Part shown: positions 51,951 to 64,000 of the stretch, piece by piece
Position numbering within the stretch: the first letter of the stretch is position 1
Layout of the letters: each line of letters opens with the position of its first letter
Assembly: GCF_006345805.1 (NCBI RefSeq)
Contig: NC_043019.1
Coordinates: 2,418,001-2,482,000 of the forward strand
DNA: 64,000 bases
From: Octopus sinensis
Taxonomy: Eukaryota
Reading direction: 5' to 3'
Made by a program: the position numbers and the translations under genes
Notes under the pieces: model-generated
Told to the model about the DNA's origin: nothing
The model's database searches: none
The model's input: the letters and a program-made list of their open reading frames with translations, nothing else

Positions 51951-53289
51951 GTAAGATGCTATGCTACCTTTCCCGTTGAGATAGATCTCTCGCCAATGAG
52001 GCTTTCCGATGACTGATTTGATACTTCGACGTGAAAAACATCAGCTCAATGCTTAAATGTACTCAAGATGAGCAGGGGTAACAAATTCGAAATCTCAGTT
52101 AAGTATAATTAGATTTACCGTATGCTGTGTATAAAGAAAGTTATAACACGAGGACCAATATTAATTGAATTTCATCTTTAGAAACCGCAATGACAATTGT
52201 GAATATGTTCTGGTCACATTAAAGCTTCTCAGCGAAGCGTAGGAATTACAACCGTGTTTCGTGGTCTGCTACCACAACAGCTCCTTTATAGGATCCAGTT
52301 AGCTCAAGACATCATCAGGAGGAACCACGTCTGGTTTCGGCCCCTACTCCTCTACCGTTTTGACGTGGCAGGGCCCCTACTTTCGGAGGTGTCTTTAGCT
52401 CTGGTGTTTGATGCATGTCTTCTTTCTTCTTCTGTTCCCTGGCCTCTTTGATGTATCGTCAGCGAGTGTCAGCCGGTGACTGACTGACTTGTCAAATTTT
52501 TCCCTTTAACTACCTGCTGCTAGGCTCCAGCGGGCAGCCCCAGTGATAAGATAATTACTAACTATATCGGTGAACAATAAGATACACAAGTTGGTATGGC
52601 AGCAGAGAACAACGACGGGAGAAATTATCGAGGGACGTTATACTCCCAGAAAACAAATAGTTAAATCAGAGCGAACATATGTAATGTAATATGCAAAAGC
52701 AAGTTTATTAAATGGACACCCCTGATCCATTATATTATAATGTCAGGGATTATTTTCATGGTTTTTATCTCAAACTACAAATTCTGTAGCAAAGCTAGCC
52801 CACCCAATATTTTTATGGAATTTTTTTTAGAAAACACTTGGCGTGTTACTCTATAAAAAAATAAATTATTGCTGCAATAAATGTCAGAAGAATTTATTTT
52901 AACCTCAAATTTTCTGTATAGGACTGCAGTTCTGATAAGATAAACATTAGCGTTCTATCATTGCATGAATTTTGCGAGGGAGATTTTTAAAAAATAAAAT
53001 AATAAACTTCAAAATTGTTTAACTGATAAAGGAATATCAAATAATCTTTAGGAAAAAACAAGTTCAATAAGTATCAATTTTATTTTAAAAGGAGCAGTTA
53101 TCCAACATTAGCTCAACACGTTGTAAATGACTGATAACCGAGTATGTTTTCCTTGCAAAAGGCCGAGAAATGCCTTCTTGTTTCTCTTTGCTATATATAG
53201 AAATATGATTGCACTCTTACTGCAAACGTTGTTGAGCGACTCAGTAAACACGAATCAGTATAAAACTTATACCAGTATGATTTTAAGTA

Positions 53290-53500
53290 AGGCGGCGGTG
53301 AGATGGCGGAATCGTTAGCACGCCGGACAAAATGCTTAGCGACATTTCGTCCGTCTCTACGTTCTGATTTGAAATTCCGGTGTTGTCGACTTTCTCTCAT
53401 CTTTTCGGGGTCGATGAAAATCAATACCAGTTGAGCACTGGGCCGACTTAGTCGATTAAAACCCTTCCTCAAAATTTCCCACCATATGCCTACAGTGAGA
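53290..53500 (+). mobile_element. SINE family B, old tail-B monomer
   Basis: Head with GCTTAGCG loop and tail CAAAATTTC...GCCTACAGTGAGAAG. Confidence 0.75.
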
Positions 53501-53608
53501 AGTACTCAAATTTTAAATAAACTGTTTTGTTAATAAGGAAGGTTCTTGACATGTAAGGCTGCTTGTTGTAGCCCGATGTTGGGATTCTTTTCTTTTCCAA
53601 CACTCTAT

Positions 53609-53664
<56 letters not shown>

Positions 53665-53665
<1 letters not shown>

Positions 53666-54224
53666 TCGCCCAGACAATAATCAAGGATTGGGAAAAAACA
53701 CCGGAAAATGGTTAAAGTACAAAGATCTCGAAATGGAAGTATTCAAGATGTGGAGCATGGAGGGGAAAACAATACCAATACTAATTAGAACATTGGGTAG
53801 GATAAAAAGAATATGAACAAAAACGTAGACGCTATACTTGCACTCTCAACACTAAACACTATCCAAAAAAATTGCCCTGCTAGGAACAGCGCACCTCCTA
53901 CACATGACACTATCAATTCAATAATACAACTGAAACAAAACAATCCACAAACATTAGACACACACTGTATGGCAAATATCACATAAAATAAACAACCACC
54001 AGTTGGTCAAATACCCAACACATTACACACACAACACTCAATACAAACACAAACACAAAAAATGCTGCACCAGACCCATAACAAAAGAAACTGACGCAAT
54101 GTAATACAGGGAAGAATTTGCACACCCCAACAACAAAATGAACACACAATGCTGCACACGTTCCAGCAACATGGTGATGTAGCAGGTGATGCAATAGAAA
54201 TTTGTGTGAAACTACCAAATGTTG
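53665..54224 (+). mobile_element. Dong/R4-like LINE 3' fragment in (TAA)n
   Basis: KYKDLEMEVFKMW..KTIPILIRTLG...IALLGTAHLL; (AAT)n at 53610-53664 and 54225-54252. Confidence 0.75.
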
Positions 54225-54252
54225 AATAATAATAATAATAATCATAATAATA

Positions 54253-55302
54253 AACAGGCACAGAAAAGGCTAAGCGCATGAAAACCCGTGCTAAATCTGC
54301 GGCCTTAGATATTCTGAATGATAAATGGCAAGAAAAACCTCTCTATGGCAAATACCCAAAGAGAGCAAATAATGCAGATGTTGACAAAGCCCTGACCCAT
54401 CAATGGCTAATGGCCTCTGGCTTAAAATCTGAAACAGAGGGGTTTATCATAGCAGCTCAAGATCAATGCCTACCAACAAGAAACTACCAGGCCAACATAT
54501 TAAAGATCAGAAGCAGTCCAACGTGTCGTGTATGCCAGCAACAAAATGAAACCATTGACCATGTGGTCTCCAAGTGCAGTCTTCTAGCGCCTACATAGTA
54601 TCTCAACAGACACGATAGAGCTGCACAATATATTCACTGGATAATCTGCAAAAACCTGGATTTGTCCCATGAAAAAAACTGGTGGGAACACAAACCACCC
54701 CCAGTGCTTGAAAATGACCACATCTCACTCTTCTGGAACTTCACCGTTCAAACTGACAGAAAGATAGATGCAAATATGCCAGACATCATATTGAAAGACT
54801 TCAAACAAAAAACATGCCTCCTCATTGATATGACTGTCCCAATCGATATAAACGTATCTGTCAAGACCTACCAAAAACTGAGCAAATATAAAGATCTTGA
54901 AATAGAAATCAGCAAAATGTGGAACCTGAAGACTAAAACAATACCTGTTGTCATAGGTGCCCTGGGAATGATAGCAAAAGGGGCTGATAGCTACCTAACT
55001 CAGATACCAGGAAACCCAAAAATGGCAGAAATTCAAAAGATAGTGCTCATGGGAACTGCTCATATCCTACGCAAAATACTTTCTATGTAATCTCAAGGTT
55101 TAAAACAAACATAATTTCCGGTTTAAAGAGAGGGAAAAATTAATTTTTTTTTTTAAACATTCATTAGTACAACACCCCCCCCCCAAATATATGGCACACT
55201 AGGCATAACAACAACATGAACTTCCAACCTGTTGTCTCTTGAGGTCTCTGGGTGAGACTTGGAGCCAACTTGTACAAATATAAAGCAAAAGTCAAACATA
55301 GA
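54253..55302 (+). mobile_element. Dong/R4-like LINE, 5'-truncated, single nonsense codon
   Basis: ORFs 54278-54598 and 54662-55090 share a frame, split by TAG at 54596-54598; CRVC..ETIDHVVSKC, RHD, PDII, KYKDL and PVVIGALG motifs; (AAT)n on both flanks. Confidence 0.92.
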
Positions 55303-55937
55303 AATAATAATAATAATAACGATGATAATTCTTTCTACTATAAAGACAGGGCATGAAAATTTGAGGGAAGGTGCAAGGTTGATCTCAGTGAGATTTGATC
55401 TCTGAACGTAAAGATCCGTAAGAAATGCTGCACAAAATTATGTTCGACGGGTTAACGCCCTGTCTCTGTTCTATCTCGGAGATACGAAAATTGTGTACAC
55501 TATGTTTGGGTGAGTCTTCTAGCATTTGGACACGTTCCGTTGATATCATGAACATTTCTCACCAGATGAAATGGTGACCCTTTCGCTACTTCTTTTAACA
55601 TTTAGTGGGCAGATATTTTAGGTTTATCAGCAATGTTATCGTTTTATGTGAACATTGAATGTTGTATTTAGATAAAATCAGGTGTGTCCATTAATAAGTA
55701 CATGCTTTGATAACTATTTAATCACTTGTTTGAAATTTTTTTCTTGATTTTCCATGTTATTATATTTTACTCGGTGGATAGGGTACAGTACTGTAACATT
55801 TACTAACCCTCTAAAACTGATATGACTCACATCGAACCTTGCGCAGGTTGATGTAACTTCAGAGACAGAAGTAAGGTGAAGTAAAGTTAGGTTAAGTGAG
55901 GTAAGATACACTCAACGCATGATGTAAAACAGTCGAG

Positions 55938-56003
55938 GAGACGGGGGACTTCAGAGAGGAATACAAGAGACGGGGGACTTCAGAGAGAAATACAAGAGAC
56001 GGA
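55938..56003. repeat. 29-bp minisatellite, about 2.3 copies
   Basis: GAGACGGGGGACTTCAGAGAG(G/A)AATACAA at 55938 and 55967, partial at 55996. Confidence 0.9.
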
Positions 56004-57929
56004 GGAAGAAGAGAACATCTGGTAGTCTTTACAGCAAACTGCAAGCTGAGAAAGATGGGTGATGGAAAGAGTGAATTCCAAGTTAACGAAGAAGGCACGT
56101 TTTGGAAGTAGTTGTTGAGTTTTAACCTCATGTCAGCTCTGTTCGAGCAGACATATAGTGATGTTCCAGTCATGACTATCCCACTTTTTTTCAGGATTAT
56201 CTAGGATGATATTGTGTAATGTGATATTTCCATTTTTAAGACGGCAGGAAATTATTTCGAAGGTATTTGACTGCTATTTGCAGCAAATCTAGCAACTACA
56301 TTCAGTCTTCTTATTTGGCTCGCTAGAAATAGAAGCCAGAATATACTCTGTATCCTGGACAGTGGGGATGGGTTGCAGTTGGATGGAGGCTGAATATGTT
56401 ATGTCTCAAATACGAAGCAAATATATTGCTTTGTGTCAATAAAAATTGGCAAAAATATTAGAGGCAAAATTTGCAGATATTAATACAGACTCATCTGAGA
56501 CAACAAATTACTGACAGTATTTCTTTAATCACTCTCCCCACTACGCCCACTCTTTTTCTCTCTCTCTCTTAATCAAACAAATAATTTCTATCCTCCTATC
56601 TCTACCCGAACCACATGACATATATCTTTTAACCACATAACAACGAGAGAGCTCTATACATTTGACCTGCTAGAAACAGCAGCAAAATCACTTCCTAAAA
56701 TCTTAAAAGACAGCGAATAATGTTGTGCAGGACACGCCAAATCCGAAAAACTTGACCGGGTAATCACAGCTGGGCTTCTTTTGTTCATAGTTTTGTTTAA
56801 TCGAAGATGATTCGGGCTAAATCCACAGTAGCACCTTTTCTTTAAGACAGTTCAATCTGATGTAAGAGATATTTAGCTGCTATTTCTAGCAAGTGGAGCG
56901 AACACGTAGAGGCTTCCACGTTGCTTCGTTTTTCCCAAGCTTATCAGATGACGGAAATGATATTGTACGACGTTCAAATCCTTCACCAAGAAAACTCAAT
57001 GTGTAAAGTAAAGAGAGACTGGACCAAGTGAGAATAGAAACTACAGCAGAGACTCAATTTCATTGCCTTAATTTCCACTCCGCCACTGTGCTTCTCAAAG
57101 AAAATTACAGCAAGTAATTTAAGAAATGTTTGGTTTACTCTAAAACATACACAAACCTAATATAGGATATTTAAAACGTTATGCAAAAAACATATAATAT
57201 CACTTCTAGTATTCGCCTGACAAGTCAGCAATTCTAAAAGCATTTATGCAAGCTTTTGTTTAGTTTGTTTAAAATTATTTTTCATAACTTCAAATTATTT
57301 TCCTCTAAAAATACATTATGTAGACAAATTCTGTAAATTTATCTTTCATATATATTACATGAAATGAAACGCAAAACCGCTACAGTAATTTACAATTTTA
57401 AATTATTAGACAGATACATAAAGAGTGAGAGTTAAACCTCTACGTCTCTCATACTTATACCCTTCATCGTTCTCCTACTTTTCTAAATATATCTGCTTCT
57501 TCTCTCACTCTCCGAACTTACTTCAACCACCAACAACTCTTCGGTGATATCTCACCCAGACTTAAGGACATCAAGCTTACTCCACCTCTCTACCAAGTCG
57601 TATTCCTTAGTGACTCACCCACCACCAGTCTTACTGCCAGAGTAGAAACCGAATCTTTCGCAATCCTTAGGTCTGTACAATAATTAGTTTCATCCGCTAC
57701 GCACATGTCACACCGACACACAGACACTCTTGATTGCTTTCTCATTCCAAACTCACTCTCTACCAAGCCATTACCGTCTCGAAGTCAACTCCCCACTTCA
57801 CATCCCCGCCGGACTCTATGGCATTTTTAAATGAGGTAACTGATCAGAATTTCACTACTTTTATGCTAAGTACCTCTGGAAGCGATAGTTAGCATAAAAG
57901 TCCATTCTCGAGGACCCTGGCAAAACCTA

Positions 57930-58345
57930 TCGATGGCTTCGATAGTAGAGCCCTGAAAACCAGCGAGAACATCAGATGGTACCAACAAAGAATTGCGTGC
58001 GCACAAGTATCAGCCCGCAGCCTCCCACCTCATAGCTCTCAGTCGCATGCGCTGATACGGGCATGTCCGCCGTGTCCAACTAGATCATCCCTTTGGGGTT
58101 TATTCCCATTCGACGCCGCATCTGTGAGCTGGAAGAGTCCTTGTGGTAGACCCGGCACCAGATGGCTGGGCGTGATTGGGGAAGATTTCCACAGGCTCAC
58201 CGTTACTTTGGAGGACGTAGAAGGGCCGGCACGGGAACGCCAGCGATGGAGAGCACTGGTGGACTTAGTCGGCTCTACAAATGATGACACCTCTGGGACC
58301 ATTAAATTGGAATGACCCTTGTCACATCAAGCAGGAGCATGAAGC
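57930..58345 (+). mobile_element. RTE LINE 3' ORF fragment
   Basis: IDGFDSRAL, YGHVRR, GRPGTRWLGVIGEDF and RQRWRALV motifs. Confidence 0.8.
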
Positions 58346-58689
58346 CGAGAAGTCAAGCCATCTCTGAAAGTGCATGTTTTACCTCTGACCCATCAGAGAC
58401 AGCCAAGTGGACTACTAAGTGCCCACAAACAACTAAAACCACTCAAAACCCCAAATACCTGCATTCAGTCCATTCATGATTATGTTGCATCTCAACCATG
58501 GGCCATGTTACCAACAGATTTGTATCAACATCGTGGGATTCTTTCCTTCAATTTCTCAATGATGATATTTCTTTAAGAATTACTTCTACAGAGAACGCCT
58601 CCACATTCGTGACCACTGCAAGGTAAATTTCCTTCAGAAGTAACCTTTTCCATCAAGTTACCCAACGTACACATACACACCGAATGCGA

Positions 58690-59330
58690 AGCACCTCCAG
58701 TTGTTTCAAATCAAAGAATCTACCGGGCCTTAGAATGACTTTTCCATTGCTCTCATATAACGTACCTCAGAGCTATCCCCTTGTCTCGCCAAATCATCTC
58801 TCCGGTCTCTCTCTTTCTTTCTCACTGTCTCTCTCTCTCTCTCTCTTTCTCTATCTCTTTATTTTTCTATCTCTTTTCCTCTCTCCCTCTCCCTCTCCCT
58901 CTCTCTCTTCCTCTATCTCTCTAATTCTCTCTCTTTTTTTCTTTGTGTCTCGGGAAACTACCAATGCATATTTCGTAAAACTTGTTTTCTTGAGTCATTC
59001 ACTAATGGATCTTCGGCCTTGATGTGAAGTATTCGATCCATGTACCCTGCCTACAGGGTACATGGATCTCTTGTCTGACAGATGGCAGTCTTCCACCCAG
59101 ATTGCACCATTGCAACATACGCTAATGGAGTTCACTCTGCTCTGCTCTTATCAACACTGGTATGCTCCAAGTTCGGTTTGCATGCCAAGTTTTTCCTCTT
59201 CATCAAGAAGATACATACTGTCATCTCAAATAGCGCTCACTCTAACGTAGGTAATACTCAGCTTCATTTTTCTTGCATTATCGACATGCAACCTAGAAAC
59301 TTCACGGTAAATCTACACTGAGTCCTCGAG
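58690..59330 (+). mobile_element. CR1-clade RT remnant interrupted by (CT)n
   Basis: TSELSPCLAK, TIATYANGVHS and FFLFIKKIHTVISNSAHSNVGNTQLHFS (decayed YADDTQL). Confidence 0.65.
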
Positions 59331-59364
59331 CGATGACTTCGAAGATATCCTCAAATGTAGTCAG

Positions 59365-60075
59365 GCCTACATATATATGTATTTATGTATGTATGTATGT
59401 ATGTATGTATGTATGTATGTATGTATCTAGGTATTTATGCATGTATGTATGTATGTATGTATGCATGTATGTATGTATGTATGTATGTATGCATGCATGT
59501 ATGTATGTATGCATGTATGTATGTATGTATGTATGTATGCATGCATGTATGTATGCATGTATGTATGTATGTATGCATGTATGTATGTATCTAGGTATTT
59601 ATGTATGCATGTATGTACGTATGTATGCATGTATTATGTATGCATGTATGTACGTATGTATGCATGTATGTATGTATGCATGCATGTATGTATGCATGCA
59701 TGTATGTATGTATGCATGTACGTACGTAAGTATGTATGTATGTATGTATGCATGCATGCATGTATGTATGTATGTATGTATGCATGTATGTATGTATGTA
59801 TGTATGCATGTATGTATGTATGCATGTATGTATGTATGCATGTATGTATGTATGTATGTATGCATGTATGTATGTATGTATGTATGCATGTATGTATGTA
59901 TGTATGTATGCATGTATGTATGTATGTATGTGTGTATGTATGCATGCATGTATGTATGTATCTAGATAAGTATGTATGTATGTGTGTATGTATGTATGTA
60001 TGTATGTATGCATGTATGTATGTATGTATGTATCTATGTATCTAGGTATGTATGTATCTATGTATGTATGTATAT
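59365..60075. repeat. (GTAT/GCAT)n microsatellite
   Basis: Direct reading. Confidence 0.99.
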
Positions 60076-60604
60076 CCATCTATCTCTGAATTGGCTACGA
60101 TGACGAGGTCAGGAAAGTCCACTGTTTTTTTGTTCTGTTTTGTTTTTGTTTTGTTTTTTTGTGTGGTCCACCATTCCTTTCAACATTATTCGAGGAACAC
60201 GACAAAAGTAAAAGAACCACAGTGTTCTGCAGATGAAGTGAGTTAACGCAGACTTCCCTATTTATTTTACACTTTAACTCCGGCTACAGTGCTTCCAAAT
60301 AGCTGAGTTGCAATTGGTAGCACTTTTTATTTACACTGCAAATATGTTGTTGTTTTTTCCCCCCCTCAATTAGTTATAAAGTACTTTTAACACATACATA
60401 TTATATCAGATTGTGAAAACATCCAAACCTATAATGTGATGTCTAGCACAGTCAGTCGCTAGTCGCATGGGGGAAAAAACTTTCCACAGTTTCTGCTATC
60501 ATATTTCATATTTTGAAGAATTAATAACATAATGTCGCAGTTAACTCAGAAACAGCCATGAACCAAAACTTACGTGCACACATGTTCACATTTGAATGCA
60601 TTAA

Positions 60605-60635
<31 letters not shown>

Positions 60636-60978
60636 AGGTGTCAGATGAGCAGCTGTGTGCGGGATATATGTTCACTTCTGTGTGTTTATAAATTTCTGTT
60701 GTCAACCTACATGTTCTCTCTCTGGGGGGTAAACCCTCAAATTTATATTAGACAAAGGTTAAAAATAATTCTTTTATAGAAATGCTATTCTCTATTCAGT
60801 GTTCTATATTATACTTAATGCTATGTCTATAATGTTAATTTAGGAGCATTTACAGTTATAAATACACTTAAAGTACATGCAAAGGTTTTGACATCAGTAA
60901 AGGTTAATGATAGACAGCAATCTTGAAATTGCAATCCTTCAACTGTCACACCCCTATAATCATTCTTTCTCTCTCTCG

Positions 60979-61013
<35 letters not shown>

Positions 61014-61463
61014 CCGCATTTTCTTTATCTATCCCCTCTCTTTCTCTCCCTCCTTTCTTTTGTTCTGCGGGTATTTACTACCACATATTTTTACGTCAAT
61101 GCTGGACACTTTCGTCGTTTCGGTGAAAAAGGACTCAGCAGGACAAAGCTGCGTTGTGTTCCTAGTTTGATGTTTTGCCGATACTGTTATGTAAACAGCA
61201 ATTACTACACAGTCAGAGTCCACCTTTGCCATCCACTCTTGTGGCCACCCACCAGAATCTATATACTGCAATCAGTAAGACTGCCACACTACAGTCATAT
61301 TGATGTTCAAGTGTGCAGTTTGGTCCTTAGCCTGGCGGAAACAAGCGGTAGTTGGTCTTGTTCATCCTCTACTTCGAGACTTCTGATTCATTCGTCTTCA
61401 TAAATTTATGATAGAAAATTACTATTTTTAAATCTCACAACGAGAGATATTCAGCAACAGTAC

Positions 61464-61680
61464 TTTGGAGTAAAGACTTTTGCCAACATAACATGGCAGT
61501 CCTGGTTTAGGACGAATGTTGCTGCAATTTAACCCCAGGAGACATCGTCTCCAGCTGGCTACACGACACGATCTGTATCGTATAGCCTGCTGTAGACGAT
61601 GTCTCCTGGGGCTAAATTACAGCAACATTCGTCCTAAACCCGGACTGCCATGTTATGTTGGCAAAAAGTTTTACTCTAAA
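61464..61680. mobile_element. Fold-back hairpin MITE, 217 nt
   Basis: Arms pair over nearly the whole length (axis between 61550 and 61594); few mismatches. Confidence 0.75.
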
Positions 61681-61734
61681 TTTATGATGTGCGCCGGACT
61701 ACCTATGCGACATAGGTAGGAGTACAGGAGGAGG

Positions 61735-61880
61735 ATCATTTAATTATGATTTTACTCAACATATTCGTATTCCCCTCTCTGATTCACATAGTTATTGCAA
61801 CGGCCCTTCAGTTTTTCTAAACCCTGTAAAAGAATTCGGAAGGTCTGGCCTCCAACCAAGCCTTTCGCGACACATATATA
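61735..61880 (-). mobile_element. mariner 3' remnant
   Basis: GLEKLKGRCNNYVNQRGEY resembles the mariner C-terminus GI.KL..RW.KC....GEY. Confidence 0.6.
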
Positions 61881-62479
61881 ATATACTTCGTATATGAGAT
61901 TCGTATATAAAAAGAAATACGAGATGACATTCAACAGTATTCGTGCAGTTGTTGAGGAGGTGGTGGCGGTTGTGGTGGCGGTTGTGGTGCTGGTGGTGGC
62001 GGTTGTGGTGGTGGTGGTGGTGGTGGTGGTGGTTTAGCGATATGTCAGCCTTGATCGAGCACATTTTATTCCAAAGGGATTCTACTTATGACCAGCCTGT
62101 CCTTTTATACATCAAAGCATTATGGTATCTAATATGTCGTTCATTTTTTTTTAGATAAAATAGCATGAGGAAGATTTAGCTGCTATTTGTAACAGGTAAA
62201 GCAAACAAGCAGAAGTTCCTTCTTGTGTGATATGGGCGCAGGGGATAGAAATAGCAGGAATCCAGTATGAGAAATGCGAAACGCGTTACAAATATTTTGG
62301 ATGAGGGTGAAGTTGGTTTGGACGACAGGGCAGCATTCATTGCTTTTGCCGAGAGTAGTGAGATCAATGCAGGTAACGTTTCTCCTGGACAACTGCAAAT
62401 CGACGACTGCAGAAAAATTAACAAATGCAACGATAAGCAGGCAAAACAAAATGTTGTTATTAGTATGGGATCTGTATGC

Positions 62480-62740
62480 GGGCACATCATGGGTCACGAT
62501 TAGAAAATACGGGGCAAGTTGGAATTGGCTGGTGCAGGGGGCACAAGAGAAGCTAGCTCTGAGAAACATAGGCCGCTGTAGTAACCGTAGAAAGAGAAGA
62601 CAGAGAAAAATACAAGATTTTTATGGTTCAAAGGCTGGAGTGTGTTGGTGAGTGACTTGATATAATGGTTTTTCACTGATGTGGTTTGGGATGTCTGTAT
62701 GGTGTAGCAGCAGCATGTTCCCCGTGATGTGAACAATACT
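62480..62740 (-). mobile_element. CR1-like ORF2 C-terminal remnant
   Basis: TLQPLNHK...FSFYGYYSGLCFSELASLVPP. Confidence 0.55.
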
Positions 62741-63473
62741 CCATTTTAAGTCTCACCTGTACTTTGTAGAGTTAGTAGTTGGTGGGAATGGATGATCTTT
62801 TTATTGCGAGCGGAAAACTTTTATGAAATTTTTTCCGCGGACCATACTCGTTGCGTCTCCTCACTCCGACAATTATGATCTCTTCTCCTCGGCGATTATT
62901 AATTTTATTCATCTTCCACTTAGAGACTTCTGACTCATTCGTCTCCCCCGCTTCTCGTCGGTCATGGCCTTTTAATTTCCTATAATAAACCTCGTACAGG
63001 ATGGTATAAGGAAGACGTTCTCCTTCAGTTGATTTGTCTGTGGAACGTAATCGTGACGAAACCTATCCTTTCTCAAGCTAAATTTATGACGGAATTTGAA
63101 TTCTACACCATTAGGAACTTACTAAAACATTCTTCTTTATACAGTACTTCCGCTAATTTCAGAGGTAAACTGTACTTATTATTGAGTCATTGACAGCTGG
63201 GCAGCGTCGACTCAGCACAGTTCTAAATGTGACTCCAGTCAAAAGTTTAATAAAAGAAATCACGTATATATTCAAGTTGCGACATTTTTTCCATCAAAGT
63301 TATTATATTTTACGCGAATTCCTTACAATGTGTTTGGAATTGTAAAGATCCGAAATTTCTCATCAATATGGTTTCTAAATCTTTATAGTCTTAGTCATCT
63401 TGGTGAAGTGATGTTGGTGCATGATGTTGCTTCTCTATAGAGGGTACTGGTCTAATGTGATTAATGTAAATAT

Positions 63474-63878
63474 TGATTCCAAATTTTGGCACAAGGCCAG
63501 CAATTTTGGGGCAGGGGAAGAGTAGATTACATCAACCCTCAATGCTTAACTGGTACTTATATTATCGACCCCCGAAAGGGATGAAAGGCATAGTTGACTT
63601 CGGCGGAATTTCAACTCAGAACATAAAGACGGACGAAATACCTATTTCTTTACTACCCACAAGGTGCCAAACACAGAGGGGACAAACAAGGACAGACAAA
63701 TGGAATAAGTCGATTACATCGACCCGTGCGTAACTGGTACTTAATTCATCGACCCCGAAAGGATGGAAAGCAAAGTCGACCTCGGCGGAATTTGAACTCA
63801 GAACATAACGGCAGACGAAATACGGCTACGCATTTCGCCCGGCGTGCTAACGAATTCTGCCAGCTCGCCGCCTTGAAC
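63474..63878 (-). mobile_element. SINE family B dimer (tail-A unit + tail-B unit) with TSD
   Basis: Junction at about 63641; 11-bp TSD AATGTAAATAT at 63463-63473 and 63879-63889. Confidence 0.9.
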
Positions 63879-64000
63879 AATGTAAATATAACTACCAAAA
63901 ATTAGAATTTATTACCGTTAGATTTATGTCTCATCAGTTGGGTGTTTATTTTCCTTTGTAATTAGGTTTGGTTGTCTGTGTGTTTATTTTACTACTATTC

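Noticed and set aside
52250-52285. Hammerhead-like GTTTCGTGG...CCACAACAG (also 61113-61140)
   Set aside because: Core lacks GA or the cleavage triplet, and stem I cannot be built
57857-57901. 13-bp perfect inverted repeat with 19-nt spacer
   Set aside because: AT-rich, short, with no TSD or family support

Overview
AT-rich eukaryotic genomic DNA, dense in microsatellites and transposons, with a 100-N scaffold gap at 1131-1230. The tRNA-derived SINE families, (TACA)n/(TA)n/(TAA)n arrays and TTAGGG-like tracts match my recollection of Octopus (coleoid cephalopod) genomes; this is inference and was not searched. No host protein-coding gene could be identified. Almost all ORFs in the track are microsatellite translation artefacts or decayed transposon ORFs, and only a few weak candidate exons remain. 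The window contains: three tRNA-SINE families; R4/Dong-like and HERO-like restriction-like-endonuclease (RLE) LINE fragments; RTE and CR1 fragments; a Penelope-like GIY-YIG fragment plus about eight hammerhead-ribozyme motifs in Penelope-like remnants; Tc1/mariner, pogo-like and hAT MITEs; and a non-autonomous Helitron. The most notable unexplained structures are: (1) 184-bp head-to-tail SINE multimers whose six junctions all fall at the same point in the SINE's own tRNA-like stem-loop, suggesting self-targeted nested insertion; (2) an RLE LINE family embedded in (CATA)n at both ends, part of an apparent partition of microsatellite targets among retroelement clades; (3) a 242-bp-arm near-perfect palindrome; (4) a pri-miRNA-sized hairpin with G.U-biased pairing.
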